Positions 8,732 through 19,739 of a DNA stretch of 64,000 nucleotides are shown here, piece by piece. The position numbers were made by a program, and so were the translations under genes. Below the pieces are notes generated by a model. The model worked only from the letters and a program-made list of their open reading frames with translations, had not been told where the DNA came from and searched no databases. The DNA comes from Alphaproteobacteria bacterium (GTDB taxonomy: Bacteria > Pseudomonadota > Alphaproteobacteria > SP197), in NCBI GenBank assembly GCA_965228895.1, contig OZ245842.1:64001-128000 (forward strand), written 5' to 3'. Each line of letters opens with the position of its first letter. Position 1 is the first letter of the stretch.

Positions 8732-10090
8732 ATGACCCGACGACTGAGTACCGGCGCCGTTGCGGCAGCCTTGTTGATCGTTGTCCTTTCGCTGCCAGGT
8801 GGTCCATTGCGGGCCGACCTCTTCAACGCCGAGACCTTTACGCTCGACAACGGCATGCAGGTCGTGGTGATCCCCGACCACCGCGCACCTGTCGTGACGC
8901 ACATGGTTTGGTACAAGGTCGGTTCGGCCGATGAGGAGCCGCGACGCTCGGGCCTGGCGCATTTTCTTGAGCATCTGATGTTCAAGGGCACGCCCAACGT
9001 TCCCGACGGCCAGTTCTCGTACATCGTCGCGCGCAACGGCGGCACCGAGAACGCGTTCACCAGCCACGACTACACGGCCTATTTTCAGAGCGTCGCGCGT
9101 GACCGCCTGGAACTGGTCATGGAGCTCGAAGCCGACCGCATGACCAACCTGGTCTTGAGCGAAGACGACGTCGAGACCGAACGCCAGGTCATCCTGGAAG
9201 AGCGCCGCTCGCGCGTCGACAACAACCCGGCCGCCATCTTGAACGAACAGGTTCGCGCCGCGCAGTATTTCATTCATCCCTACGGCTGGCCGGTGATCGG
9301 CTGGCAGCATGAGATCGAAACGCTGACACACCAGGATGTCATCGATTTCTATCGTACGCACTACGCGCCCAACAACGCCGTCCTGGTGGTCGCCGGCGAT
9401 GTCACTGCCGAGGAACTGCGGCCCCTGGCCGAGCAATACTATGGTGTCATCCCGGCATCTGAGGTGCCCGAGCGCATCAGGCCGCAAGAACCGCCACAGT
9501 TGGCCGAGCGTCGCGTCGTGCGCGAAGATCCCCGCGTACCCCAGGCATCGGTCTCGATCGCTTATTTGGCGCCGAGCTACAGCACGGATCCGGATCAGGC
9601 GTTCGCCTTGGATGTGCTCGCCGAAGTCCTGGCCGGCTCGACGACCAGCCGGCTTTATCGCGATCTCGTGGTTGATCAGGGCATCGCGGTGTCGGCCGGC
9701 GCCTGGTATGGCGGCGATAACCTGGACTCCGGTCGTTTCGGGTTCTGGATTACGCCGGCGGCCGGTGTCGATCATGAAGACGCTGAGACCGCGCTGAGGG
9801 CCGAGATTGACCGGCTGCTTGCTGACGGTGTCAGCGAAGAAGAGGTCGAACGCGTCAAACAGCGGATCCGCGCCAGTCTGATCTACGCGCGAGACAGCGT
9901 TGCCGGCATCGGCCAGTGGTATGGCTCGCGTCTGACGACCGGCCTTACCGTCGAACAGATCAGCGCCTGGCCTGACGGCATCGAGGCCGTCACGGTGGAG
10001 CAAGTGAACGCGGCGGCCGAAGCCGTACTGGTCGACGAGACGTCGGTCACCGGTGTCTTGCTGCCGGCAACGCCGGATCAGGAGTCCTAA
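8732..10090 (+). CDS. M16 family zinc peptidase, active subunit
   Basis: HFLEH (HxxEH), NAFTSHDYT; signal peptide. Confidence 0.93.
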   Translation: MTRRLSTGAVAAALLIVVLSLPGGPLRADLFNAETFTLDNGMQVVVIPDHRAPVVTHMVWYKVGSADEEPRRSGLAHFLEHLMFKGTPNVPDGQFSYIVARNGGTENAFTSHDYTAYFQSVARDRLELVMELEADRMTNLVLSEDDVETERQVILEERRSRVDNNPAAILNEQVRAAQYFIHPYGWPVIGWQHEIETLTHQDVIDFYRTHYAPNNAVLVVAGDVTAEELRPLAEQYYGVIPASEVPERIRPQEPPQLAERRVVREDPRVPQASVSIAYLAPSYSTDPDQAFALDVLAEVLAGSTTSRLYRDLVVDQGIAVSAGAWYGGDNLDSGRFGFWITPAAGVDHEDAETALRAEIDRLLADGVSEEEVERVKQRIRASLIYARDSVAGIGQWYGSRLTTGLTVEQISAWPDGIEAVTVEQVNAAAEAVLVDETSVTGVLLPATPDQES

Positions 10091-10092
10091 CC

Positions 10093-11436
10093 ATGATGTT
10101 GTTCGTTCAGTGTCGCCGTGCGATGGCCGTTGGATTTGGTGCCCTTCTTGTTGTCGTATGGGCCTCGTCCGCCCAGGCCGAGATTGACGTCATTGAGACA
10201 CCCGGCGGACTCGAAGTCTGGTTGAAGCGTGAGCCGGCGATTCCGATGGTCGCGTTGAACTTCGCGTTTCGCGGTGGTGCGACGCTCGATCCCGATGGCC
10301 GCGAGGGACTTGCCAGCATGGTCTCCAGACTGCTTGACGAGGGTGCTGGCGAACTCGATAGCCAGGCTTTTCAAGATCGCCTTGACGAACTGTCGGTACG
10401 CATGGGCTTCAGCACCGGCCGCGACGCCTTTTTCGGGTCGATGGTGACCTTGAACGACAATCTGGATGAGGCCTTCGACCTGCTTGCGCTGGCGCTGAAC
10501 GACCCGCGTTTCGACGCTGAGCCCGTCGAACGTATCCGCGGTCAGATCCTCGTCAGCCTGTCCTATAGTGCGGAGGATCCGAACACGGTTGCCTGGCGCA
10601 CCTGGACGGAAACGGCGTTCCCCGATCACACCTATGGCCGTGCTGTCGAGGGAATGCCCGAGACCATCGCGGCGATCACAACTGATGACCTGAAAGGTTT
10701 CGTCACTGATGCCTTTGCGCGCGACCGTTTGATCGTCGCGGCCGTCGGCGATATCGAGCCTGACAGGTTGGCCGAACTCGTCGACCGGGTGTTCGCCGGA
10801 CTGCCCGAAAGCGGCGCGGCCCTCGACACGGCTGATACCCGTCCGTTGACCGGTCAGACCATCGTCGTCGATATGGACGTGCCGCAAAGCGCCATCGTGC
10901 TGGGACTTCCGGCGCTCAAACGCGACGATCCCGACTACTACGTGGCCTCGGTCTTGAACAAGGCACTCGGTGGCGGCGGCCTCAATACCCGCCTGTTCGA
11001 GGAGGTCAGGAAAGAGCGCGGCCTCGCCTATTCGGCGACGACCTCGTTATCGCCCTTCGATCATACCGGGCTTTTGCTGGGTTCGGCTGGCACACAGAAT
11101 GCGCGCGCCGGCGAAACCATCGACGTCATCAAGGAGGTGTTCGCCGATGTTGCCGCGAACGGCATCACCCAGGCCGAGCTGGACGACGCCCGCGACTATC
11201 TGACCGGCTCGTTCCCGTTGCGCCTTGACAGCAATGGCGAGATTGCACGGATCCTGGTTGCCGTGCAGATGAACGACCTCGGTCTCGACTACCTGGACGA
11301 ACGTAACGGTTACATCGAGGCGGTCACGCTGGACGATGTCAACCGTCTCGCTGCCGAGCTTTTGAAACCCGAGGATCTGCTGGTCGTTGTGGCCGGACGC
11401 CCGGACGGCGTTGTGTCCACAACGCCGGTCGAATGA
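10093..11436 (+). CDS. M16 family peptidase, non-catalytic partner subunit
   Basis: M16 fold with HxxEH replaced (SMVSR); RLFEEVRKERGLAY motif; signal peptide. Confidence 0.9.
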   Translation: MMLFVQCRRAMAVGFGALLVVVWASSAQAEIDVIETPGGLEVWLKREPAIPMVALNFAFRGGATLDPDGREGLASMVSRLLDEGAGELDSQAFQDRLDELSVRMGFSTGRDAFFGSMVTLNDNLDEAFDLLALALNDPRFDAEPVERIRGQILVSLSYSAEDPNTVAWRTWTETAFPDHTYGRAVEGMPETIAAITTDDLKGFVTDAFARDRLIVAAVGDIEPDRLAELVDRVFAGLPESGAALDTADTRPLTGQTIVVDMDVPQSAIVLGLPALKRDDPDYYVASVLNKALGGGGLNTRLFEEVRKERGLAYSATTSLSPFDHTGLLLGSAGTQNARAGETIDVIKEVFADVAANGITQAELDDARDYLTGSFPLRLDSNGEIARILVAVQMNDLGLDYLDERNGYIEAVTLDDVNRLAAELLKPEDLLVVVAGRPDGVVSTTPVE

Positions 11437-11483
11437 GACCAGCAAGTCTGGTAGCCTCGCCAGCCTAGCGAACGGCGGAGCCA

Positions 11484-12746
11484 ATGCCATACCGACAGGT
11501 CTTTGACAGCACGGCATGCGGCCTCGATCAGGCCGCATGGGAAACCATCCGTGCCGGCCTTGATCCCGTTGCCAAGACGACCGCCGAACGGCTGGAGGCT
11601 TGCAACCTTCCGGCGCTTTCCGTTGCCCGGCGCAAGGATGATCTCGACATGCTGGCGGCGCGAGCCGACACGATCGCGGCTGGCAGCCGGGACGTTCTGG
11701 TGCTTGGCATCGGTGGTTCCAGCCTTGGCGGCCAGACGCTCCTGGCGCTGCGCGAAACGCGTCACGCTGATCGGCCACACCTTCATTTTATCGACAATGT
11801 CGATCCCGCGACGTGGCAGGAAACGATCGCACACCTCGACGCCAAGGATGTTCACGTGCTCGCCGTGTCGAAGTCGGGCGGCACCGCCGAGACCTTGGCC
11901 CAGACCCTGATCGCGACCGAGTATCTGAATGCAGCTTTGGGTCCGGCCGGTGCGGCCGCGCAGGTGACGGTCGTGACCGAACCCGGTGAGCGGCCGTTGC
12001 GGCGCCTTGCCGAACGCCTCGGCTGTGCCGTGATCGACCATGACCCGGATGTCGGTGGCCGCTTTTCGGCCCTCACCGGTGTCGGTCTGTTACCGGTTCT
12101 GATTGCTGGTCTGGACGCCGCCGCCGTTCGTGACGGGGCTGCCTCCGTGCTCGCGACGTTTGCCGAGGATCCCGCCGCAAGCGCGCCGTCCCAAGGCGCC
12201 GCACTGGCGGTCGGGCTCGGCGGTCGTGGCAAGTCGAGCCAGGTGGTGCTCGGCTATGCCGACCGGCTGGAACGATTCGCCGCCTGGCACGCGCAGATCT
12301 GGGCCGAAAGCCTGGGCAAGGCAGGCAAAGGCACGACGCCGGTGCCGGCGCGCGGCGTGACCGATCAGCATAGCCAGCTTCAGCTCTGGCTCGATGGGCC
12401 ACCGGATAAGTGGATGACGGTCTTGGGCCGCGACACCGCGGGCGAAGGTCCGATGATCGATACCGCCGGCGATGATGATCTCGCTTATCTCGACGGCCGC
12501 ACCCTGGGCGATCTGATGGCTGCCGAACATGAGGCGACGGTCGAATCGCTGATCGCCGCTGGCGTGCCGTTACGCCGCTTTCTGCTGGACCGCATCGACG
12601 AAGCGGCGATTGGCGCCTTGATGGCGCACTTCATGCTCGAGACCATCTTGGCCGCCGGCCTGATGGATATCGACCCGTTCGGCCAGCCGGCGGTCGAGGA
12701 CGGCAAAGTTCGCGCCCGCGCCAAGCTGAAGGCGATGGTCCGGTGA
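11484..12746 (+). CDS. pgi: Glucose-6-phosphate isomerase
   Basis: [48 protein letters not shown]. Confidence 0.93.
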   Translation: MPYRQVFDSTACGLDQAAWETIRAGLDPVAKTTAERLEACNLPALSVARRKDDLDMLAARADTIAAGSRDVLVLGIGGSSLGGQTLLALRETRHADRPHLHFIDNVDPATWQETIAHLDAKDVHVLAVSKSGGTAETLAQTLIATEYLNAALGPAGAAAQVTVVTEPGERPLRRLAERLGCAVIDHDPDVGGRFSALTGVGLLPVLIAGLDAAAVRDGAASVLATFAEDPAASAPSQGAALAVGLGGRGKSSQVVLGYADRLERFAAWHAQIWAESLGKAGKGTTPVPARGVTDQHSQLQLWLDGPPDKWMTVLGRDTAGEGPMIDTAGDDDLAYLDGRTLGDLMAAEHEATVESLIAAGVPLRRFLLDRIDEAAIGALMAHFMLETILAAGLMDIDPFGQPAVEDGKVRARAKLKAMVR

Positions 12747-14536
12747 CCATCCGCCGCCTGCCGGAGACCACGGTCAACCGCATCGCCGCCGGCGAGGTGA
12801 TCGAGCGGCCGGCCTCGGTGGTGAAGGAACTGGCGGAAAACAGTCTGGATGCCGGCGCGTGTTCCATCGAGGTCGTGGTCAACAGCGGCGGCCGCACGTT
12901 CATTTCGGTCAGCGATGACGGCTGTGGCATGACCGCCGACGAACTGGCGCTCGCCGTCGAGCGCCACGCAACCTCGAAGCTGCCCGATGATGATTTGATG
13001 GCGATCGCGACGCTCGGTTTTCGCGGCGAGGCCCTGCCGTCAATCGGCGCGGTCAGCCGGCTTTCGGTGACAAGCCGCGTGGCGGATTCCGATAGCGCGT
13101 GGATGGTGCGGGTCGATGGTGGCGCGCAACAACCCGTGGCGCCGGCGGCACGTGGAGCGGGCACGGTGGTCGAGGTGCGCGACCTGTTCTATGCCACGCC
13201 TGCGCGCCTCAAGTTTCTGAAGAGCGAGCGCGCGGAAAATGCCCAGGTCAGCGATGTCGTCAAACGTTTGGCGATGGCGCATCCGGACGTAACGTTCAAG
13301 CTCAGCCTGGACGGCCGCAACAGCCTGAGTTTTCAGGCTGAAGCCGGTGACCTGTTCGACGCGCGGTTGAAACGTCTGGGCGCGGTCATGGGCCGGGAGT
13401 TTCAGGAAAACGCGGTTCCCGTCGACAGCGTACGCGAGACCGTGCGGCTTTCCGGCTATGCCGGCGTGCCGACGCTGAACCGGCCGACCAGCCAGGGCCA
13501 GTATCTCTTTGTCAACGGCCGGCCGGTGCGCGACCGATTGCTGTTGGGCGCCATACGCGGCGCCTATCAGGATTTCCTCGCGGCCAACCGCCACCCGATG
13601 GTGGCGCTGTTCCTGGAGCTGCCGGGCCGGTTGGTCGACGTCAACGTGCATCCGGCCAAGGCCGAGGTCCGGTTCCGCGACAACCAGATGATCCGCGGCC
13701 TCATCGTCTCGGCGTTGCGCGGCGCCCTGGACGCTGCCGGCCACCGCGCATCGACCACGGTTGCCGCGCAGACCTTGCAGGCCTTTCGCCCGGAGACGTC
13801 GTCGCCGGTCGACCATCTCTTCGCCGAACGCCGGCCGTCGATGAGCCGCGGCATGGCCGAAGCGGCCGCCGGTTATCACGCACCCTTGGCGACCGACTAT
13901 GCCCCGGCGGCCCGTGGTGATGCTGCCGTCGACGACGTTGCGACGCCGGCGCCGGACTACCCGCTGGGTGCCGCGCGCGGCCAGCTGCACGAGACCTATG
14001 TGGTCGCGCAGACCGCCGACGGCTTGGTCATCGTCGACCAGCATGCGGCGCATGAGCGGCTGGTCTACGAACGCATGAAGCAGCAGCTCGCGCAATCAGG
14101 TGTGGCGCGACAAATGCTGCTCTTGCCCGAGGTGGTCGACATGGACGGGACCGATGTCGATCGGTTGGTGGCGCGTGCCGACGAACTGGCCGAGCTCGGC
14201 CTGGTGCTCGAACGCTTCGGCCCGGGCGCCGTCGTCGTACGCGAGACCCCGGCGCTGTTGGGCGAGATCGACGTCAAGGCGCTGGTACGCGACTTCGCCG
14301 ATGATCTCCTGGAAAGTGGCGAGGCGCTCTCCTTGCGCGAGCGCCTGGAAGATGTCTGCGGCACCATGGCGTGCCACGGCAGCGTGCGCGCCGGCCGCCG
14401 TCTCAACACCGACGAGATGAACGCGCTGTTGCGCGAGATGGAAGCGACACCGCATTCCGGTCAGTGCAACCACGGCCGCCCGACCTATGTCGAACTGAAG
14501 CTCGCCGATATCGAAAAGCTGTTCGGCCGGCGTTAG
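12743..14536 (+). CDS. mutL: DNA mismatch repair endonuclease MutL
   Basis: [33 protein letters not shown]. Confidence 0.98.
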   Translation: MTIRRLPETTVNRIAAGEVIERPASVVKELAENSLDAGACSIEVVVNSGGRTFISVSDDGCGMTADELALAVERHATSKLPDDDLMAIATLGFRGEALPSIGAVSRLSVTSRVADSDSAWMVRVDGGAQQPVAPAARGAGTVVEVRDLFYATPARLKFLKSERAENAQVSDVVKRLAMAHPDVTFKLSLDGRNSLSFQAEAGDLFDARLKRLGAVMGREFQENAVPVDSVRETVRLSGYAGVPTLNRPTSQGQYLFVNGRPVRDRLLLGAIRGAYQDFLAANRHPMVALFLELPGRLVDVNVHPAKAEVRFRDNQMIRGLIVSALRGALDAAGHRASTTVAAQTLQAFRPETSSPVDHLFAERRPSMSRGMAEAAAGYHAPLATDYAPAARGDAAVDDVATPAPDYPLGAARGQLHETYVVAQTADGLVIVDQHAAHERLVYERMKQQLAQSGVARQMLLLPEVVDMDGTDVDRLVARADELAELGLVLERFGPGAVVVRETPALLGEIDVKALVRDFADDLLESGEALSLRERLEDVCGTMACHGSVRAGRRLNTDEMNALLREMEATPHSGQCNHGRPTYVELKLADIEKLFGRR

Positions 14537-14829
14537 ACGCGGCGTTCGCTGTCCGCGAAGACCTGGGTCCATGCGAGGATGCGAACCGATTGGCGTAGGC
14601 CGGTCGGCCAGAACGGATCGGCCTCGACCAGCGCCTGAACCGCCTGCGGACTGTCGGCGTCGACGAGCCATAGACCGCCGGCGGGCTCACCGTTCGTCGT
14701 GTCCTTAAGGGGCCCCGCCGCGGCGATGGCGCTGGCGTTCGCTTCCAGAAAAGCGAGGTGATCTGGCATGTGTTGGGCGCGCATGGCGACGCGCTCGGCA
14801 TTGTCTTCGAACAAGACGGCAAAGATCAT
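14533..14829 (-). CDS. YciI family protein
   Basis: R...H..FL, AAGPL, GGLW, ADPFW motifs. Confidence 0.85.
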   Translation of the reverse strand: MIFAVLFEDNAERVAMRAQHMPDHLAFLEANASAIAAAGPLKDTTNGEPAGGLWLVDADSPQAVQALVEADPFWPTGLRQSVRILAWTQVFADSERRV

Positions 14830-14877
14830 GACCGCAGGTCCTCTGGCCTTCAGGGTTGACTATGCAGACCCTAGGAC

Positions 14878-14931
14878 CGCAAAAATGCGCAGTAAATTGG
14901 TAGTTTTGCCAAGCAAGGATGCAAAAATGCA
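14878..14931. promoter_or_regulatory. Repeated palindromic operator, probably bound by the adjacent LysR regulator
   Basis: CGCAAAAATGCG (14878-14889) and TGCAAAAATGCA (14920-14931) between the divergent yciI-like and lysR genes. Confidence 0.5.
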
Positions 14932-15784
14932 GGACATCGATTGGAACGATCTACGCTTTGTCCTGGCCGCCGCGCGCTGCCAGTCCTTGGCCAGCGCGGC
15001 ACGCCAACTTGGTGTCAACGAAAGCACGGTCGGGCGCCGTGTCGGCCGACTTGAACAGCGGCTGGGTTCGCGGTTGCTCGAACGCAGCGCCGGTGCGTTG
15101 CATGTTACCGAAGCAGGTGCGGCCGTTGTCGCAAGCGCCGAACGGATGGAACGCGACGTGCAGGGCATGGCGGCGGCGATCTCAGGCGCCGACAGGCTGG
15201 CGGCCGGCATTGTTCGCCTGACGTCGGTGCCGATCGTGGTGAACCGCATCCTGGTGCCCGCGTTGCCGCATCTGCTTGACCGGCATCCCGGCCTGCGGGT
15301 CGACCTGATCGCCGAGCCGCGCACCATGAGCCTGACCAAGCGCGAAGCCGATATCGCCTTGCGTCTGGCGCGCCCGCAAAACGACGTGCGCGCGGTCGCA
15401 CGGCGTGTCGGCGACCTCGCTTATGGGGTCTATGGTCCGGCGGCGCCTCGTAGCGACACGTTGCCGTGGATCACCTACGAAGACGGCATGATGGATCTGC
15501 CCCAATCCCAGTGGATTGCCGAGCAGGTCAAGAACGAGCAAGCCGCAGCGCCAGTGGTCACCGCCAACGATGCCGAGGCGCTCATCCAAGCCGTCGTCGC
15601 GGGGCTCGGCAAATCCGTGTTGCCGAGCGCCATCGCTGATCGCGAACCAGGTCTGGTTCGCCGCGACGGCGGATCTGCCGTCTTGTCACGGGAGCTGTGG
15701 CTTGTCGTGCACCCGGAAATCAGACACCTTACGCGGATCCGTGTCGTCATGGATTGGCTGATCGCGACAATCGCCGAGCTGTGA
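14927..15784 (+). CDS. LysR family transcriptional regulator
   Basis: DWNDLRFVLA...SLASAARQLGVNESTVGRR HTH; READIALR substrate-binding domain. Confidence 0.93.
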   Translation: MQDIDWNDLRFVLAAARCQSLASAARQLGVNESTVGRRVGRLEQRLGSRLLERSAGALHVTEAGAAVVASAERMERDVQGMAAAISGADRLAAGIVRLTSVPIVVNRILVPALPHLLDRHPGLRVDLIAEPRTMSLTKREADIALRLARPQNDVRAVARRVGDLAYGVYGPAAPRSDTLPWITYEDGMMDLPQSQWIAEQVKNEQAAAPVVTANDAEALIQAVVAGLGKSVLPSAIADREPGLVRRDGGSAVLSRELWLVVHPEIRHLTRIRVVMDWLIATIAEL

Positions 15785-15813
15785 AGCGGACGGCTTGGCG
15801 TCCCTCAGAGCGT

Positions 15814-16941
15814 TCAGCGCAACTGTCTGGCGGCGGCGGCATAGCCGCCGCCGGCGCCATCGACGAAGTGCATGTGATCGGCGCTTAACGCCGATGGGAC
15901 CACGCAGGTCATGAGCGCCTCGTCTTGCGTATGCAGGCCGTAGCGAACCGTACCGTCGGCCGAAGCGCGATCCAACAGATGACGCAGGGCGGTGATCGTC
16001 TCATCGGAGCAATCGACGGTCATCATGAGGGCGTCGTCGAACTTGCGGAAATCCGTGTTCTCAGCGATTTCGCGGCGATAGGTGTTCGGGTCGAACCGGC
16101 CGACACGCCGGCCAAGCTTGAACAGGGTCCACATCAAGCCAGCAGTGATGATGACGCGTATCCGCCGCCGCCAGGTCGATAACCCGTTATGGGCCACCTG
16201 CGACTGCAGCGTGATCGCGGTCGACGGCCAGCGCACATCGGGACCCGCCTCGGGAACCGGATTGAGCGAACCGGCCTGTTCCAGAACCGCGATAACGTCC
16301 GCTGTCACCGCGCGGAACCGGTCATCACCAGATTCTGCCGCTGGTTTGACGATAAGCGAGACGATTTGGCCTTGGCGCGAGCGGATAGGGCCCCACTGAC
16401 AGGACAGCCCGGTCAGGTCGGGCTCGCCGGCGCCGTGAGGTCGAGGGACGGTCACGTTGCCGCTCTTCAGACGCGCCTCCAGCCACTCCAAACCGCCGCC
16501 GGTGAACATCGCGTAGCGCACGTGATCGGAGGCTTGCCAGAATGCGACCCGCACATCTGTGCCGTTCTGGCGTGCCTTGGTGACGGGTTCCAGACCAACC
16601 CTCAACCGAAGCCCGACATCGCGCTCGACCCAAGCTGCGACGCGCGCAAGGGCGTCTGCTGCGGCTGCCGCTTGGTTTGCGCGCAGGGCAAAGCGCGCGC
16701 CGTCGCCGCCGAAGACGAACAGGGAGAGGTCGCCGTCCAAGGCGTTGGAAAGCGCACTGATGGTCGCCGCGCCGGCCAGATTGACGGCTTTGTAGCGGCC
16801 GGACTGTATGGCACCGGTCGAATCGACGACATCGGAGACGCCGATGTGCCAGTCGGCGGGCAGCGGGACAAACTTGGCGGGATCGGCGACCTGACCGAAC
16901 TCACCCAGCACCGGAATCGTCTCAACCCACGTGTTTGTCAA
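15814..16941 (-). CDS. DUF3095 family protein
   Basis: PLPADW, STGAIQSGRYKAVN, FVFGGDGA, DLTGLSCQW, NTDFRKFDD, HFVDGAGGGY; TTG start with GGAGA RBS. Confidence 0.85.
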   Translation of the reverse strand: MTNTWVETIPVLGEFGQVADPAKFVPLPADWHIGVSDVVDSTGAIQSGRYKAVNLAGAATISALSNALDGDLSLFVFGGDGARFALRANQAAAAADALARVAAWVERDVGLRLRVGLEPVTKARQNGTDVRVAFWQASDHVRYAMFTGGGLEWLEARLKSGNVTVPRPHGAGEPDLTGLSCQWGPIRSRQGQIVSLIVKPAAESGDDRFRAVTADVIAVLEQAGSLNPVPEAGPDVRWPSTAITLQSQVAHNGLSTWRRRIRVIITAGLMWTLFKLGRRVGRFDPNTYRREIAENTDFRKFDDALMMTVDCSDETITALRHLLDRASADGTVRYGLHTQDEALMTCVVPSALSADHMHFVDGAGGGYAAAARQLR

Positions 16942-17092
16942 AAACAAATCTCCCAGAAACAGGCCCCCCAGAAACACGCCACAGAGACCATACGCGATGA
17001 CGTGCGGGGTCGTCGGGTAGAAGATGACTTGACAGACTCTACGCCGTAGAGGAGCATCGACTCTCAACCCCGACCGCCGCAGGAGGCCCGTC

Positions 17093-18439
17093 ATGTCTTT
17101 GTTGTCCCAATCTCCCTCAACGATGACTCGACGCGGTTTTCTTGCGGCGGCTTCGGTCGGCGCCATGGTGCCGTTCGCGGTGCGCGCGCAACTGCCGAGC
17201 GATCCCGATGTCGTCGTGATCGGCGCCGGCGCCGCCGGTATTGCCGCGGCGCACGCCTTGATCGAGCAGGGGAAATCCGTGGTCGTGATCGAGGCCGCCG
17301 ACCGGGTTGGCGGGCGCGCCTGGACCGAGAGCGAGACCTTCGGCATTCCGTTCGATCATGGCTGCTCGTGGATCACCTCGGGCAACGTCAATCCGCACAC
17401 GCCATTGGCCGAGAGCTATGGTTTCGAAACACTGAATCATGAAGGCGCCGGCGAGGCGCTCTATGTCGGTGACCGCGAGGCCAACGACCAGGAGTGGGCG
17501 CAGTACGACCGTGCCTGGGGCGCGATCACCGGCGCCTTGGCCGAGGCTGGCCAGGAGGGCATCGACGTTCCGGCGTCGACGGTTCTGCCGGACCCCATGC
17601 CGTTTTCAGGCACGTCGCAGAGCTGGATGGTCATGGACATGGCCGTCGACTTCAAGGATCTCTCGACCAGGGACTATTGGTCGGGCGCCGACACCGCGCC
17701 CAACTATATGGTGAAAGACGGTTATGGCGCGCTGATCAAGCGACACGCCGATGGTCTGCCGATCCAACTCAACACGGCGGCCACCCGGGTTCAATGGGGT
17801 GGTCCAGGCGTCACCGTCGAGACGCCATCGGGCACGATCAAGGCCAAGGCCTGCGTCGTCACGGTCTCGACAGGTGTGCTGGCGGCCGAATCGATCACCT
17901 TTGACCCACCGCTTCCGGATTGGAAACAACAGGCGATTCAAGACGTGCCGATGGGTCTCCTGACCAAGGTGGCCTTGCAGTTCGACGATACCCGCCTCGA
18001 CTTCCGGCCCAACGAATGGCTCACCTATCTGGTCGATGAAGACGTGCCGACGGAGGCCTGTTTCTTCGTGACCTGGCCGTTCGACTACAACGTCATGATC
18101 GGCTTTGTCGGCGGCGATTTCGCCTGGGAGCTGGCGGAAGCCGGCAACGATGCGGCCGTCGACTTCGCACTGGGCGAGGTGACGACCATGGTCGGCAACG
18201 AGGCCGCGGACCGTTTCGTCAAAGGCCGCATGACCGGCTGGGCGACCAACCCCCTTATCCTGGGCGGTTATGCGGCACCGCGTCCGGGCCGGGCCGACGC
18301 CCGGTTCGACCTCGGCCGCTCCCTCGACGATCGCGTGTTTTTTGCCGGCGAAGCGGTCGCCGGCGCCTATGTCGCGACCGCCGGTGGCGCGTCCAAGAGC
18401 GGAGCCAAGGTCGGCAACGAGGTCGCTGCCGTCGTCTAG
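17093..18439 (+). CDS. Tat-exported flavin monoamine oxidase family FAD oxidoreductase
   Basis: TRRGFL twin-arginine signal; GAGAAG FAD motif; EAADRVGGR; FFAGEA. Confidence 0.88.
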   Translation: MSLLSQSPSTMTRRGFLAAASVGAMVPFAVRAQLPSDPDVVVIGAGAAGIAAAHALIEQGKSVVVIEAADRVGGRAWTESETFGIPFDHGCSWITSGNVNPHTPLAESYGFETLNHEGAGEALYVGDREANDQEWAQYDRAWGAITGALAEAGQEGIDVPASTVLPDPMPFSGTSQSWMVMDMAVDFKDLSTRDYWSGADTAPNYMVKDGYGALIKRHADGLPIQLNTAATRVQWGGPGVTVETPSGTIKAKACVVTVSTGVLAAESITFDPPLPDWKQQAIQDVPMGLLTKVALQFDDTRLDFRPNEWLTYLVDEDVPTEACFFVTWPFDYNVMIGFVGGDFAWELAEAGNDAAVDFALGEVTTMVGNEAADRFVKGRMTGWATNPLILGGYAAPRPGRADARFDLGRSLDDRVFFAGEAVAGAYVATAGGASKSGAKVGNEVAAVV

Positions 18440-18449
18440 AGCGGATCCC
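18436..18449 (+). repeat. Isolated terminal remnant of the CTAGAGC palindromic element
   Basis: CTAGAGCGGATCCC matches the element end CTAGAGCAGATCC(C); it includes the TAG stop of the oxidoreductase. Confidence 0.4.
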
Positions 18450-18451
18450 GG

Positions 18452-19012
18452 CTAGATGGAGCCATAACGCAGGAAATAGACCCGCGTGTCGCCATAACGG
18501 CGTTCGTCGATGATCTGAAACCCGGCCGGCGGGCTGAAAAACGCTTTCTCGGCTGCCTCGACGACGACAAGGGCATCGTCGGCAAGCCAGCCGCCGTCGC
18601 GCAGGGCCTCCAGCGTTGGCCGGGCATCGTCGGATCGGTAGGGCGGATCGAGGAACGCCAGGTCGACGGGGTGGCGCGGCCGTGGCATCGGCCGGGTGGC
18701 GTCGTTCATCAGCAGCGTCACGTTGCCAATCTCGTCACATGTCTCCACGTTGCGCCGCGCCACGTCCAAAGCTGTGCGGTTGTTGTCGACCAGCACCGCA
18801 TGGGCCGCACCGCGCGACAACGCTTCGAGCGCCAGCGCGCCGGTGCCGCAGAAGATGTCGGCGACGCGTGCGCCATCCAGACCCCGCCATGTCAGACCGT
18901 GTTCGAGAATATTGAAGACGGCTTCGCGCACCCTGTCGCTGGTCGGCCGGGTGTCGCGGCCCTCCGGTGCGGCGAGCCGGCGACCCTTATGGCTTCCGGC
19001 GACGATACGCAT
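18452..19012 (-). CDS. rsmD: 16S rRNA m2G966 methyltransferase RsmD
   Basis: MRIVAG, RPTSDRVREAVFN, LEALSRGA, FLDPPY, RRYGDT. Confidence 0.95.
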   Translation of the reverse strand: MRIVAGSHKGRRLAAPEGRDTRPTSDRVREAVFNILEHGLTWRGLDGARVADIFCGTGALALEALSRGAAHAVLVDNNRTALDVARRNVETCDEIGNVTLLMNDATRPMPRPRHPVDLAFLDPPYRSDDARPTLEALRDGGWLADDALVVVEAAEKAFFSPPAGFQIIDERRYGDTRVYFLRYGSI

Positions 19013-19739
19013 CGATACGCTCGTGCCACTGGGTGCCCAGTTGCTCGCGCAGGGCCTTGGCCGGCACCTCGTCGAAACCGCCCTTGGGCAGGCTGCCCAG
19101 TTGGAACGGACCGTAGGCGGTTCTGAGCAGCCGATTGACCTTCAGACCCAGCGCCTCCATGACGCGCCGGACTTCGCGGTTCTTGCCCTCGCGCAAGGTG
19201 ACGGTCAGCCACGCGTTGGCGCCTTGCTGGCTGTCGATCTTGGCCTCGATCGGACCATAGGTGACGCCCTCGACCGTCATGCCCTTGGCCAGTTTCTTCA
19301 CCATGGCCGCCGTCGGCGTGCCGAACACCCGCACGCGGTAGCGCCTGGCCCAGCCGGTCGCAGGCAGTTCCAGCCAGCGCGCGAGATCGCCGTCATTGGT
19401 CAAGAGCAACAGACCTTCGGACGCCAGATCGAGCCGGCCGACGGTCATCACGTGCCCGATTTTGGGCGGGATCAGATCGAACACGGTCCTGCGGTTTTTC
19501 TCGTCACTGTGGGTGACGACGACGCCCTCGGGCTTGTGCAGGCGCCAGACCCGGATCGCCGGAATGGCCGGGATCGCCTCGCCGTCCAACAGGATGACAT
19601 CGTCGGGCCCGACGTTCAGCGCCGGCGACGTCAGCACGTCGCCGTTCACGGTCACGCGCCCATCGGCGATGAGCCGTTCGGCACCGCGCCTCGACGCCAC
19701 GCCGACCCGGGCCAGCCGCTTGGCGATCCGCTCGGTCAT
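18987..19739 (-). CDS. rluB: rRNA pseudouridine synthase, RsuA/RluB family
   Basis: S4 domain (RIAKRLARVGVASRR), GRLD catalytic motif, EGKNREVRR. Confidence 0.85.
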   Translation of the reverse strand: MTERIAKRLARVGVASRRGAERLIADGRVTVNGDVLTSPALNVGPDDVILLDGEAIPAIPAIRVWRLHKPEGVVVTHSDEKNRRTVFDLIPPKIGHVMTVGRLDLASEGLLLLTNDGDLARWLELPATGWARRYRVRVFGTPTAAMVKKLAKGMTVEGVTYGPIEAKIDSQQGANAWLTVTLREGKNREVRRVMEALGLKVNRLLRTAYGPFQLGSLPKGGFDEVPAKALREQLGTQWHERIDAYRRRKP

